This document shows, in pieces, positions 35,236-47,871 of a stretch of DNA of 47,871 nucleotides. The position numbers and the translations under genes are program-made. The notes under the pieces were generated by a model. That model was given only the letters and a program-made list of their open reading frames with translations, was not told the origin of the DNA and did not search any database. The stretch is from Octopus bimaculoides (lineage: Eukaryota), in the NCBI RefSeq assembly GCF_001194135.2, contig NC_068987.1, positions 48,277,246 to 48,325,116 of the forward strand. Reading direction: 5' to 3'. The first letter of the stretch is position 1. Every line of letters begins with the position of its first letter.

Positions 35236-35507
35236 TTAAGCACTGAATGAATGTACCACAATGAAGGTGGGTAAGCCATTGCTAGAAATATTCATTATAA
35301 GCTGATCCAAACTGATATCTCCTATATCTTCATATCTGGATCTGTTATTTTAAAGCCAGAATTATGCTATTAGATCAGGATTATTCATTAACTAATTTCA
35401 CTGAGAAAAAAGACAACCAAAAATTCACCAATTAATGCTTCTTATGAAAAAACACCCATTATATTTCTATCAAATGTTAATTTTTTTCCCTTTCATAGTC
35501 CTAACAG

Positions 35508-35557
<50 letters not shown>

Positions 35558-36432
35558 TATGGGTTGAAGAGATATGCAAATTCAAACATTTACCTCTGCA
35601 CTAAAGTTTATTAGCATAAAACATTAGTCATGGCTCACAAAAAATGCGTAATGGTATAGTTATAAGTTTGTATATTTATGCTGTATGTGTGTGTTTGTGT
35701 GTGTGTGCAGGAGTGTTTGTGTTGACAAGGTGATTGATCTAAGTAATAGAGTTATAAGAATATTATATATTACTGAAAATCATGTGCCCCAAAAATTTCC
35801 GTTTTTATAGCAAGGTTTATTTTTAAAGCATTGTATCATGGTGTTTATATTTTAAAATCAACAAGTTCATGTTACCATCATTGAGTGATAAGTAAAATGT
35901 ATAACACATGTAGATATGAAAAATTTTCCAGAAAAATCTATATATAATATCTATCAGTTGTAGCAAAACAAAAGGTTAACTTGTATAAATGATAAACTAA
36001 TTTAACACCTCCGAAAGAAAAACAACAACAAAAATAAACAAACAAGACAGGTAGACAGATACAGGTATACAAAAGATAAACAAAGCCACGTAAAGAAGCA
36101 AAAATAAAGGCGGCATGCTTGAAATAAATATAAAATGAACAAATAAAAAATATTACTATTAATATTGTTTTCCATTAGATTGAAATAAAATTAGTAAAGC
36201 TTAACGAAGTTTCTTCTTACCATCTATCTGCCCAATGTTACACTGGTACATACACACACCTGTGCTAATCCAACTTAACAGTGAATGTGGACAGATACAC
36301 ACACAAAGATATATGACAAGAGAACTTAAGAGTGAGTGAGTGAATAAGAAACATAATAAATGAATAAGCTAAGTTTTCTTGGAAGTTAAGTCACGTGACT
36401 GCAACAGGTTGGAAGTATATATATATATATAT

Positions 36433-36502
36433 NNNNNNNNNNNNNNNNNNNNNNNNNNNNNNNNNNNNNNNNNNNNNNNNNNNNNNNNNNNNNNNNNNNN
36501 NN
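36433..36502. other. Assembly gap (70 N) at a (TA)n run
   Basis: N run. Confidence 1.
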
Positions 36503-36529
36503 TGTTTAAAAGAGTTCCAACACTGTCTG

Positions 36530-36565
<36 letters not shown>

Positions 36566-37222
36566 ACAGATATAAACACACACATACTGTGTTGAAATTA
36601 AGAAATTTCTAGCAGACAAGAACTTCAGTGGACTTAATATTTTCAATAACTACAGCATTGTTTTCTTTTTCTGTTCTTACCTTCAATATAAAAGTAACCC
36701 TGATGTTAGTGCACAACCTAACTCCAGCTGTATCAAATTAACACTTACCTTATTTGTCCCAGATATATGTATGTGTGTGTGTGTGTTTACTTATGTTTGT
36801 TGTTTTCTTTTCACTTCATTTTCAAACTCTAAAACTTATTATCATTATCATTATTATTTCTTTCAGGTTGGCCAAACCATTAGGTCTTTATAACTAAACC
36901 TCGTCCACTTTTTCCTTTATTTTCTGTTTCTTTTTATTTTTTGTCTTATTTTTTAGTGGATTAATTAATACTACAGAAATTGTTGTTTAACAACTCCACC
37001 AAACTATGGTAACCAGATGACCCTGTCTGAGACTGAAGAAGAAACTTGAAGTGCTGCTGCTGCTTTTCAGGTTCCTGGCCCAATGAGCTTTAAACTGCTG
37101 CCACTGATAAAACTACTACTACCACCATAACCACCACCACAATTAGTATTACTATTACTACTACTGATACTACAACTACTACTATAGCTACAGTGAGTGA
37201 GTTGCTGTCATGTGGTCTCATG

Positions 37223-37315
37223 TATTCACACTCTCTCACTTTCCCTATCTTTATATTCACACTCTCTCACTTTCCCTATCTTTATATTCACACTCTCTCA
37301 CTTTCCCTATCTTTA
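37223..37315. repeat. Perfect 3 x 31-bp minisatellite
   Basis: tattcacactctctcactttccctatcttta at 37223, 37254 and 37285. Confidence 0.95.
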
Positions 37316-37895
37316 TTCTCTCTACCACCACACACTACCTAACTATATACATTCACAGAGATAGATAGTGATGCAGAAGCAGTAGTAGTAGAACATAAAA
37401 TAAAATAGGTAAATAAATAAAAAAGATTTATGCAAACACTCCCCTACCTAAGCAAACCGACCCACCCACCACAACAAGAACAACTAGGTACTAACTACTA
37501 AGAGTTTCTCAAGTAGGTCAAATACATCTTTACAATATCAAAGGGAGGGTGGTGGTGGTGGTGGTGGAGAAGCCTGCCCACTAGAATATTACAACTGATG
37601 AACAAACTATCACTTCACTGGTCTCTTTTACTACCCAGAACTGAATTTGCCAATCAGTATAACTCCATTCCCACCCCCATCACACACACAGATAGCTAGG
37701 CCAGTAACTACTATTGCTACAGGTACTATCACGATTACTTACTAGTGCTGTTACTATAGCGGATCTATCCAACAACTGGTGGGTGTAGTACTGTGGTACT
37801 CAGAAGTAGAATAGTAGAAACTTTTGATAACCCTATATCTATAGGTGTGTGCAAATGTACACATACAGGTGAGTATGTATGCGTGTGTGAGCGGG

Positions 37896-38011
37896 GAGAG
37901 AGCAAGAGAAAGAGAGAGAGCAAGAGAAAGAGAGAGAGCAAGAGAAAGAGAGAGAGCAAGAGAAAGAGAGAGAGCAAGAGAAAGAGAGAGAGCAAGAGAA
38001 AGAGAGAGAGC
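37896..38011. repeat. About 6 x 18-bp purine minisatellite
   Basis: gagagcaagagaaagaga units; they give the ESKRKR and RERARE repeats seen in the ORF track. Confidence 0.95.
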
Positions 38012-38689
38012 ATTTATACTTGTGTGTGCGAGAGAAAATTTATATATGTGTATGTATGTGCCTTACAGCACCGATCTTATAAGTTTGTCTTCCTTCTGCA
38101 GCATGACCATCTGAAAGCAAACACCTACATAAATATAAATTTATTTAATAATAATGGTTCATTTTGACTGGTTACACATGGCTGACATTTGCAGGATAAT
38201 GTCATGGTTGATTGATTCAATGCCTAGTATATATTAACTGACACTTATTTTTCTTGATCTTTCTACAGAAGAAATGGAAGTTTAAAACATGCACTGGAAG
38301 GATCTGAACTTATAATATACAAGGACAAAACTAATGCACTTAGATTAGTACTCTACTTATTATCACCTTTCTTTTGTCTGCTTTTCCATAAACCTCTTTG
38401 GTGATCCCCAGAAGCATGAAAGGCAAAGTTAACTAACAGGATTTGAACAATTAATGCTGTTTTTGTCATCCAACCAACCCTAATAAAAATGAATAATTTC
38501 TTACCCAGTATGAAACAAGTATCATCACTTACATCAACTTCTGTCCCTTATGTTATGAAAAACCTGAAGAACAAAGCTGACTCCAACAAGATTTGAACAC
38601 AAAACTAAAATGTGGAACTGAACACTGACAGGTATTTAATTCAGTTCCTGTGCCATTTCCATCAATATAAATAATGATAGTAATAATTT

Positions 38690-39250
38690 TTTCTAATTTT
38701 GAGGAGAGGGGTAAGTCGGTTACATTAATTGATACTTATTTTATCAACCCCAAAATGATAAAAGGCAAAGTTGACGTCGGTGGAATAGAGAATAGGAAGC
38801 ATAAAGAATAAGAAGAAATACCACCAGGTATTTTGTTTGGCACACTAACAACTCTGCCAGCTTGTTGCCTTATTAATAATAATAATAATGGTTTGTAATA
38901 CAAAGGGACAAAGTTGGAAGAGAAGGGAACAATTGGCATAGATGACCCTATAAATTGTATCAACCCCAACCACAATAAGATTTGAATTCAGAGCATAATG
39001 AAAGGGGGAGTAAAAACTGTAAGGCATTATTATATCCTGTACTGTACCAATTCTTCCAATCAACAGACCATAAGAATAATAATTCTTCTTAATTTTGGTA
39101 AAAGGCCAGTAATTTCGAGGGCAGGAGGCAAGTTGATTACACTCACCCCAGTATTTGACTGGCGCTTTATTTTATTGACTCCCCCTTCCCCCAAAAAAGG
39201 ATGAAAGGCAAAGTAAACCTTGATGATATATGACCTCAGAATGTAAGGAG
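38690..39250 (-). mobile_element. Cluster of decayed reverse SINE family 2 copies
   Basis: gataaaaggcaaagttgacgtcgg (about 38757) and ggatgaaaggcaaagtaaacc (about 39200). Confidence 0.6.
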
Positions 39251-41289
39251 CTGAAACAACCTGGGTACATAGAAGAAAGTACCCTTACCAAAACTCTTTC
39301 TTCCTACTTGGCAAAGTATACTCTGTACAGGTCCATTCAGCCATACCACTTTCATTCACCTTTTGTAAAACTAAAAAGTAGCACCTTGCTCTCTACCCTC
39401 ACTATCCTCTTCAAGTTTTCTAAAGAAACTGATGAGAGCTTGACCAGACAGGAAAGAACCCATTTTCAAACCTTTCAGAGAAGCCCATCATACAACTTTT
39501 TTCACTATAACTCCAGGTAGAGGAAGACTAGCTGTTACTTCCTGCTAAAGGAAGATGACACAGTGATTTTCACAATGGACTTGGCTCATAGCTGGATTTA
39601 TCCAATATGAAACAGCAGCAGTTCAACAAAAGTTCACAAGTCAGTAATACATAGACTGAACAATAGTGTACATAATAGTTTTATCATCCTATGTACATTT
39701 CAAACAGGTCCAGCTACTGGCACTTATGTACTTGAAGAGCTTGTCCTAAAAAATGTAATATCCCCATTGTAGCAACTTTGTGCTACAATAAATAGAAGTG
39801 GTTTTACTGCCAAGGTGAAACAAAGAAATAGTTCATATGAAATCGTAAAAAAAACAAAACAAAAATAATTTGATATAACCCTCCTTATAGTTTAAATGTA
39901 AGCATTAAATCTAGTAAGAACCTTCTCAACACTAATCAGTATACTTTCCCTACTTTGAATAAATATCATGAAGTCTTCAATAGAAATTCTGTTAAGGATA
40001 GATGTATTTCTTTCGGAATATAGGATAACAATTCTCTAATCATAAACTAAAATCCATAAACACTACAAAAACAACCTGGTATTGCTCTCTGGGCACACAA
40101 TTCCTATCGAATAAAATAACATATAGATTACACACCAAATCAGTTGATGGTACCATAAAATGTACACTGGGTTAACTGAAAACACTTTTAAAACAAGATT
40201 CACATAACACACACATTAATTTAGGTTCAGAATTATGGACAAGTGCAACATAATTTTCAAAACACATTTTGTTTCTAGAAGACAGAAGAGAAAGCAATCC
40301 TACAATAATAAAATGGAATATTGCAGTAAAGGCAAAGAAATGCAATACTACATATATGCAAAAAAAAGAACCCCACCCTGCTCTCAATATCCCAAATATG
40401 AGAGAAAAAGTTGTCTTTTTCTTGACTTCATGTTAAAATTTACACTGCAAATTTTCAAATGTATACCTGTGTTAATGGTTGTAAGATGCAAACTGGTTGA
40501 ATCTATACCTGACATTTAGGACAATAAGAATTTCAATACTCAAAATTAAAGCAGAAAATTGGTACCTAAACTTTGGTTGAAAATATGAATAATTGTCAAG
40601 AAAAGAGTTGACTCCCTTTCATATGAAGATGTTCTAATACTACCCAAATCATAACTTCACATGCATTTGTGAGTGACACAAGTGAGAAACATTAAGCAAA
40701 GATAGTAGTGTCAGTGGTATATCAAAATTCTTTCACAGTATCTTTTTGCAACTCCTCACGTTCAGGAATTATAAAATACTGATTTCCAGAACAAGGTACA
40801 GAGAAATAAATAAAATTATGCTCCACATTTGTACAATATTTACTTTTACTCATGTTCAAAGAACTTGATGCAGTCCTCTGTCTCACTCGATCATGCTGAA
40901 CAACCCAACTGAAGCCAGCATGGAAGATGAACACTAAATGGTGCTGCAATTATAATCACTCACACGCACACATGATATATGCACATGCATACATACATAT
41001 ATGTACACACACATGCGCATATATACAAACATATACATAATCCAAAAAAGAAGATGAAGAAAGATTTTACCACATCTTTTGGGACAATAGTTTACTCTTT
41101 GCTAAACCCACACAATAGTTTTACTGTTGTGGCACTTGGATCTTCTACACCTGAAGAATTTCTATTTTAATTAAGACTATAACCCAACAGTGCAGATAAC
41201 CTAAAGCTTGGGTTCAGTGCTGCATTGGCAACACCTTATCTTTCTGCCTTCCTAAGAACTTATACATACATACATATACACACACACAC

Positions 41290-44200
41290 ACACACATAAA
41301 TGCAAGTTGTCTGTTTGTGTCAAGTTGCCATCTACACTCGTTAACAAATTTTCATGAAACTTTGCAAACATGTTCAAGTAACATCCAGTTTGTTACTAGG
41401 CTCATTGAAGTTTAATAAAAATCTATAATTGGATGGCTAGGGTACCTAGAAGGGGTCTACATATATAATCAATATATTTTCCTTTAAAAACCAAGGGAAA
41501 TAACCCATTCATTTTCCTTTTATCACCCTAAACACTACCAAGCTCAAAGTTAATGATCAAAAGATGGAAATTGACAACAGGTACATTGCGTCTGACAACC
41601 CATTGCTGTCTAAAACATCGTAGGCCCATGTTAACAATATAAAAATTATTAAATATGTATGTAAATACATCATCAAGGGCTCAGATATGGCAGTTTTTGG
41701 ACTTGAACAGGAAGGCAGGCAGCCAGATGAAATCCAGCAATATGAGTTGGTCAGGTATATTTCCTCTAACGAGGGCTTTGAAATCCACAAGTGGCATCCA
41801 ACAGTGGTATCTGTACATCTTGAAAATGGCCAGCGTGTACATTTCACAGAAGACAATGCTCAAAACATAATTCTGAATCCACTAGAAACCACTTTAACAG
41901 CTTTCTACAAATTATGCCAATGTGATTTGTTTGTCTGAACACTATTGTATGTTGCGTATGTGTACTGTGTCTGGACACACAATAGGTGGAACAGACGCAA
42001 GCAAGGAGCACACGTTGAGGGCTGGGAAGAATATACTGTGTTGTAAGTGGGACCATCGGGCAGGTGTGTACTGTGCACCCTAATCAGCAGGAGTGCTTCT
42101 TTCTGCATCTACTGTTGCACACTGTCAGACATTCGAAGACACAATGGGGAAGTCTGCACGACCTACAGAGAAGCCTGTGCCAAATATGGACTACTGGAGG
42201 ATGATGCTCACTGGGATCAGACACTGGAGGAGGCAGCAATCAGCAGAGCACCAAGTCAACTGCACCAGCTATTTTCTATCATGTTCATGACATGTGACTT
42301 GGATGAATCTCTTAAGTTTTTGGCCACCCACAAAATGAGCATGGCAGAGGACATCCTACAAAGGATTCAAAGGCATACCGCAGCGGAAATTGCTATGTTC
42401 AATAACGCCATTTACAATGAGGCATTACTTGACCTGGACAACTGAGTGCAAGCTATGAGAGGTCAAGGCATTGCCACATTTGGCCTGCCTCAACTGGAGC
42501 AGACAGCAAACAATCTCGAAATTGAGTACCTGCGAGAAATCAGCTATGACAACGAGGAAATGACGGCATATATAGCTGATAATGAACTCAAACTGATGGA
42601 AGACCAATTGGGTGTTCATAAGACCATTATTTTGAGCACTGAAAGTGAAAGAGGAGGTCTTTTCTTTCTGGATGCTCCAGGTGGAACTGGCAAGACATTC
42701 ATCATGAACCTTCTTCTGGCTAAACTGCGCCAAATGAAACACATTACTATAGCAGTAGCACTAAGTGGAATAGCTACAACACTGCAAAGTGGTGGCCGCA
42801 CAGCACATTCCTTTTTCAAACTTCCTATGGATCTGTCCAAGAAAGAGAAGACAAACTGCATCATCAGTTGTGGTTCTCTAAAAGGCAAACTTCTAGGTGA
42901 ATGCAGGCTGATCATCTGGGATGAGGTGACAATGAGCCATAAGATTTCCTTTGAAGCTCTTGACATGGCCCTTCAGGATCTGAGACACAACATCAGGCTC
43001 ATGGGAGTGCCACAGTCTTGCTTGCAGGAGACTTTAGACAAACCCTTCCTATGGTTTCAAAGGGGACAACAGTTGATGAGGTAAATGCCAGCATAATGTT
43101 GTCCTACCTGCAGAGCAGCGTGCAAAAGCTGAGACTCACAACCAACATGAGACTGCAATTCTGTGGTGATGATGCAGACAGAACCTTTTCAAAGCAATTG
43201 TTGGATGTTGGTAACAGCACTTCAATTGGCGAGAAGGATGGCTGGGTATGCCTGCCTTTTAGACATGTATCTGATTGAAAGGAACTAATGAATAAGGTGA
43301 TTCCTAACATGAGGAACCAGTTTACAGACCACAACTGGCTGAAAACTCATGCCATTTTAACTCCAAAGAATGTGGCAGTTAATGATTTGAACATCAAACT
43401 TCTGGAACAGTTGCCAGGTGAGCACCACATCTACAATTCCATTGACACTGTACTCTACATTGATGAAGCTGTGAATTATCCAGCTGAATTCTTGAATAGT
43501 CTAACACCACCCAGCCTCCCACCTTACAACTTGCACCTCAAGATTGGGGCACCAGTTTTGCTGCTTCGAAACTTCGATCCACCAAAGCTTTGCAATGACA
43601 CACAACATAATAAAGATGATGATGATAACAGTCTTGGAGACAACAATTTTGAATGGTAAAGCAAGTAGTAAGCCTGTATTCATTCCTAGAATTCCACTTA
43701 TTCCCTGAGATATGCCTTTCAAGTACAAGTGTCTGAATTCCTATTGAAACTAGCTGTGCAATGAGCCTTAACAAGGCCCAGGGGCAGTCCTTGGACGAGG
43801 TAGGTCTGAACCAGTGTTCTCTCATGGCCAACTTTATATGGGATGCTCAAGAGTCAGCAATCCTAATCATTTGTTTATTTATGTCCCACAATGAAAGACC
43901 AAAAATGTTGTTTATCACGAATCTCTGCAAACTTAATAAGATTCACCAAATCATCAGGTATTTATTATTTAACTGTAATATTTCGAAGTGTTGTAAATGT
44001 ATCAATAGTCTACATTATTTTATTTTAAAATCTATATGCAAATTTATTTGTATATCTACTGTAAAACTAAATGCCAGTCTGTTTCTACATTCATTGTAAA
44101 TCTATTTCAATACTAGCACTCCTAAGGGTTATAATCTCTAGGAATGCACAAAATCCCTTTTCAGAGTTATTTACTTTGAATTGTTATTATCTCATATCCA

Positions 44201-44573
44201 ATTAGCCTGTTATGTAATAACAGGCTTCACGATTTTGGCATACATACCTTATTGATATTTCTTCCTAAGTTCTGTATACTCTGGAAACACATTAAAGCCC
44301 TTTCCTGGGCTACTTTATCTCTATTCTTACTTTCAGGTAACTAATTTCATGTTATTACATAACTGACTTCACAATTTGGGTATTCATAACTTATTGGGAT
44401 TTCCTAAAAATAACATCCTGTGTAAGACAGTTCAGTATTCTCTGTTAATGCACAAAAACCATTTTAAGGGCTACATACTTTGTATTGTTGTTATTGGATT
44501 AGCGAAACAGTTATGAGAATGGAACCAAGGGATAAGCTCCACTTTTCCAGGAATTATTGGGTGCGTCAGCTAG
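41290..44573 (+). mobile_element. Helitron, internally deleted: post-Rep region and PIF1-family helicase pseudogene
   Basis: MEIDNRYIASDNPLLSK and KYVCKYIIKGSDMAVFG...RYISSNE...VHLENGQRV. Helicase motifs LDAPGGTGKTF (Walker A), GGRTAHS, LIIWDE, AGDFRQTLP, LTTNMR, LLRNFDPPKLCN and AMSLNKAQGQSL. The 3' end is gtgcgtcagCTAG|T at 44570-74. The 5' end is approximate, lost in a (CA)n run. Confidence 0.93.
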
Positions 44574-44814
44574 TATATAAGATAGATGGGTGGATGGATG
44601 GATGAAGGGAGGGATAGATAGAGAGATACACATATATACATACAACACGTATACATTACATGTTCATATAAATACACACATATACATATATGTACATACA
44701 CACCACATATTCATATAAATACACACACACATATATATGTATACATACGCACACACACACACATATATATATACACATATATATATAAACACAGACATAT
44801 ATATACACATGTTA

Positions 44815-45553
44815 GCTGAGAAAAAGTTTACTGATATGGAGGAGTGAAAGTCATCTGAATATTGGAAAAGAGTTACCTATATGATGACAATTTATGCAGG
44901 GTATAACAATGCCAACATCATAACTGCTGCTCAGTGCTCTATATGAACACTGTAAAAGCAGTAAGAGGAGATTTGGACAGTTGTAATGGAGATCGCAAAC
45001 TTGTGGCCAGCAGGAAGTGACACAGCAGGCATTCTGGCTGTACCTGCATGCCAGAATTTATTCCCACATCTTTGAACAGGGCCCTAGGCTCAATTCAGAT
45101 AGCTATGTAAAGAGGGTGCTGCTGGAAGGCCATTATGTGTGGCAGCAGGATGTGGTTCCTTACCATACTTCTGGAAAGAGTCAGTGGTTGTCAGAAAATT
45201 TCTACTTCACCATCCCCAATTTCTAGCCTCCTAATTCCCCTGATTGTAATCTCATGGATTACTATATGTGTGATGCAGTTGAGAAAGACATCAACCACTC
45301 TGCCCACAATACCAGTTCCAAGCTAGTGGCTAAGATCAAAGAAGTGTTTGAAGATCTTTCCAGGGACACAGTGAGGAATGTATGCACCAGGTTCTGGGGG
45401 CTGTCTTAAGGCCATGGTGGAAACTAAGGGCAGCTACTTTGGAGCAAACTGTTATCACCCAGCCATAATCAAGTTGATATTTTTTTGATTTTTTTGAAAA
45501 TACATTTGTTTTCTTTCCTTTTTATTCAAACTGTCAAATTTAGTCCAAACACC

Positions 45554-45555
<2 letters not shown>
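44815..45555 (+). mobile_element. Decayed maT/DD37D-like Tc1-mariner remnant
   Basis: YVWQQDVVPYHTSGKSQWLSENFYFTIPNF*PPNSPDCNLMDYYM. The final catalytic residue is D; spacing is 35 as read, probably with small deletions. Boundaries are approximate. Confidence 0.7.
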
Positions 45556-45602
<47 letters not shown>

Positions 45603-45989
45603 CGTGCGCGCGCGTGTGTGTACACACACACATGTGCTGTGTATAACTTTAAACTTCATCCAGTAGTGGGGCCCTGGTTCAGCAGTTCCATGCTTTTGGG
45701 GGATGAGGAATCACCTCTTAGCCACTGTTGTGCCTAGGTTTAGTCTGACCCAAAGTAGTAGCACCTGTAAGGGTCCAGCTAAGGGTAAGTATGTTATGAA
45801 GAAATTCCAAACACAATCCCTCACTCACCTGTGAAAGGAAAAGACTAGAAAAATCAACCTTGACAGAAAATTTAGGATTGGAGTTCTTCTGGTAGCCCAG
45901 TGCTCTCTTTGACACCCTTTCAGCAACTTCAGAGTTGATGGAGCTCTCCAGTCCTGTAAAGCAATTTACTTAGGAGATGGCGCACTGAG

Positions 45990-46145
45990 CAACTGTGGTC
46001 AGACCACCAAGTCTAAAGTGTGGGATCAGATTGTATGGGCTAACTATCACTTTAAAACAATGTTGTGCAGGTAGGAAGAAAAGTCCTGTAGCTTCAAGGA
46101 TTGGTTTACATAGCCACTTGAAGTCACACCACTCTTTCTCATAAT
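45990..46145 (+). mobile_element. Decayed LINE C-terminal remnant (RTE-BovB-like)
   Basis: tcaaggattggtttacatagccacttgaagtcacac reads SRIGLHSHLKSH, the terminal zinc-finger motif typical of BovB-like RTE ORFs. Confidence 0.5.
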
Positions 46146-47089
46146 CTTCAAACACAAAAAAACTGCTATCATATTTATATGTATATATGTCATCATTACC
46201 ATGAGCTATTAACAGCCATCTACCAAGCTGGTATGGGCTGGACAGTTTGGTATGATCTGACAGATCTGAGGACTGCATTGTTCTCCAATATCTTCAGTGG
46301 CATGCTTTCTATGGTTGAATGCCCTTCCTAACACCAACAACTTAACAGAGTGTGTGCAAGAGAGTTTCATATTTTCCTTGTCATCATATGCAGTCACTTG
46401 CTGCATCCAAGTATTGTAGTGTCATATATTTGTTCAATCAAGCCTAGTTTTAACAGAAAACAAGTAGAATATCTGGTCCAGATATGGCCAGATTAAAGGC
46501 TTAAGGGGTTAATCCATTCAACTAAATGAAGATCAAACGTGGAAAACAACATTATTTCTTACTCAGTTGGACACCAAATCAAGCTCTAACTTAGCTTAAA
46601 ATGTTGGTACACCTACAGATTACACTTAGAAATGAAAATATCTTTCCAAATAAGATGACAGAAAATCTTGGATTCTCGGTTTATATGCTGTTATTTCAGC
46701 ACAATGTATATTTTCATCTTTAATAAATTGAAAGTCAGAATACTTAGAGTCTGTACTGGGTATTCATCACAGTGTTTCAGTTCTATGTTTATACAAACAA
46801 TATTATCACGTCTTCTAAACAAAATTATTTCCCTTGTGTGTCAAAAAGCCAGAAACTCTGTTGAGTTTCTTCATTTCAAAACTTCTTTCTTTCACACACA
46901 TACAAAGCTGACTCCTAAAACAATTATCACATTTCCATTCTTAGCCTCCTCCCTTTTGGTTGCTTCTAAATTGTATAAGTAAATCATATTTAAAAATCCA
47001 AGTGAAAAACCTTAAACAAAATCATAATAAAAATTAATTTATGTCAGTGATAGCAAATACAAAAATGTAAATATTTTTGATTATGTGTT

Positions 47090-47230
47090 AATGGTTTAGA
47101 AGCAGAGCCCTAGAATAGTGATTTAGAAGTAGAATGCTAGAACAGTGGATTCAAAACTAGTGTTAGATTAATGGTTTAGAAGTAGAGCATTAGATTAATG
47201 GTTTAGTAGTAGTAGAGGTTTAGATTAATG
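47090..47230. repeat. Degenerate ~27-bp tandem repeat
   Basis: ttagattaatggtttagaagtagagca-like units. Confidence 0.6.
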
Positions 47231-47871
47231 GATTATATGATCCAAAATTCAAGTTCCAACTTTGTTGGAATTTCTTTTATTCCTTCAATAGATATTAAAA
47301 ACTGCTTAAAAGAACTTCAATACATCCTCCTCATCGTTGTTTCCATGCTACTATGGATTGGAGAGATTGACAGGCCCAAAGACTGCATCATGCTTCAATG
47401 TCTGATTTAGCATGGTTTCTACAGCTAGATGCTTTACCTAACACCAACCACTTTACAACACGTAGTGGGTACTTTTTTTTTTTGTCACTCTAGTACTAAT
47501 GAGGTCACTATGGAGTCATTTCAGAATAAATTTTTTCAAATGTTATTTTACATTTCTTACTGCCCCAGTTAGGAAAGTGAACATATAATCATAAGTTATT
47601 AGCTCCCAGTATGCTGAATCTAAAACTAGATTTCAGTCCCAGCTACAACATCCTTAACTCTTTCTATTTATTGACATTCTGTAACATTGGTTATTAACAA
47701 ACAATCCATGTGTAGCAGAATTTTTGTAACACGTTTTATTTTATTTTATTTTTTAAAAATCCTTTGAAAAATGGTCACTAATCACTCTTTGAGCAACAAT
47801 TTATTCAATGATTTACTCAATGAATTATGGCAGATAAAGGCTTTAGAGATTATAACCGCACTAACATATAA

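Noticed and set aside
42446-43659. Host PIF1 helicase gene
   Set aside because: It is intronless with stops and frameshifts, preceded by Helitron RepHel-specific motifs and followed by a CTAG|T terminus.
45830-45955. Minus-strand exon-like segment ending CACAG|gtgagt
   Set aside because: Phase 0 in its open frame, no CARD/DLG5 similarity, and it lies among decayed LINE sequence.
36600-47871. DLG5 N-terminal CARD exon
   Set aside because: A manual scan found no CARD-like open exon with a phase-1 donor; it is probably beyond the window or too divergent to recognise by eye.

Overview
AT-rich, microsatellite-rich animal genomic DNA. The SINE and LINE content suggests a coleoid cephalopod, probably Octopus; this is an inference. 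The window lies inside one minus-strand gene, a DLG5 (Discs large 5) orthologue. Two coiled-coil exons are well supported: 10496-11926 (1431 nt, phase 1-1) and 738-954. They splice in frame to give ...KLQHELN-D-ALQEAELAKKRRDWAF..., matching the DLG5 ELKEALQEADVAKCRRDWAFQER motif. Two candidate 63-nt phase 1-1 exons lie upstream: 33583-33645 (GC donor) and 32575-32637. I did not find the CARD exon or the PDZ/SH3/GUK exons, which presumably lie outside the window. The introns are packed with decayed mobile elements: a Tc1-like element with DD36E spacing and intact TIR/TA ends, a Rep-less PIF1-helicase Helitron, a 600-bp non-autonomous Helitron, several RTE LINEs, a hAT MITE with a perfect 8-bp TSD and nested SINE, two TTAA-flanked MITE families, mariner/maT remnants and two tRNA-derived SINE families. 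I see no convincing novel multi-gene system. The best leads are the DD36E element, the GC-donor and poison-exon splicing architecture, a perfect 20-bp hairpin, a (UCAC)~30 array and the modular RTE 3' end. There are three N gaps, one flanked by a 181-bp assembly duplication.
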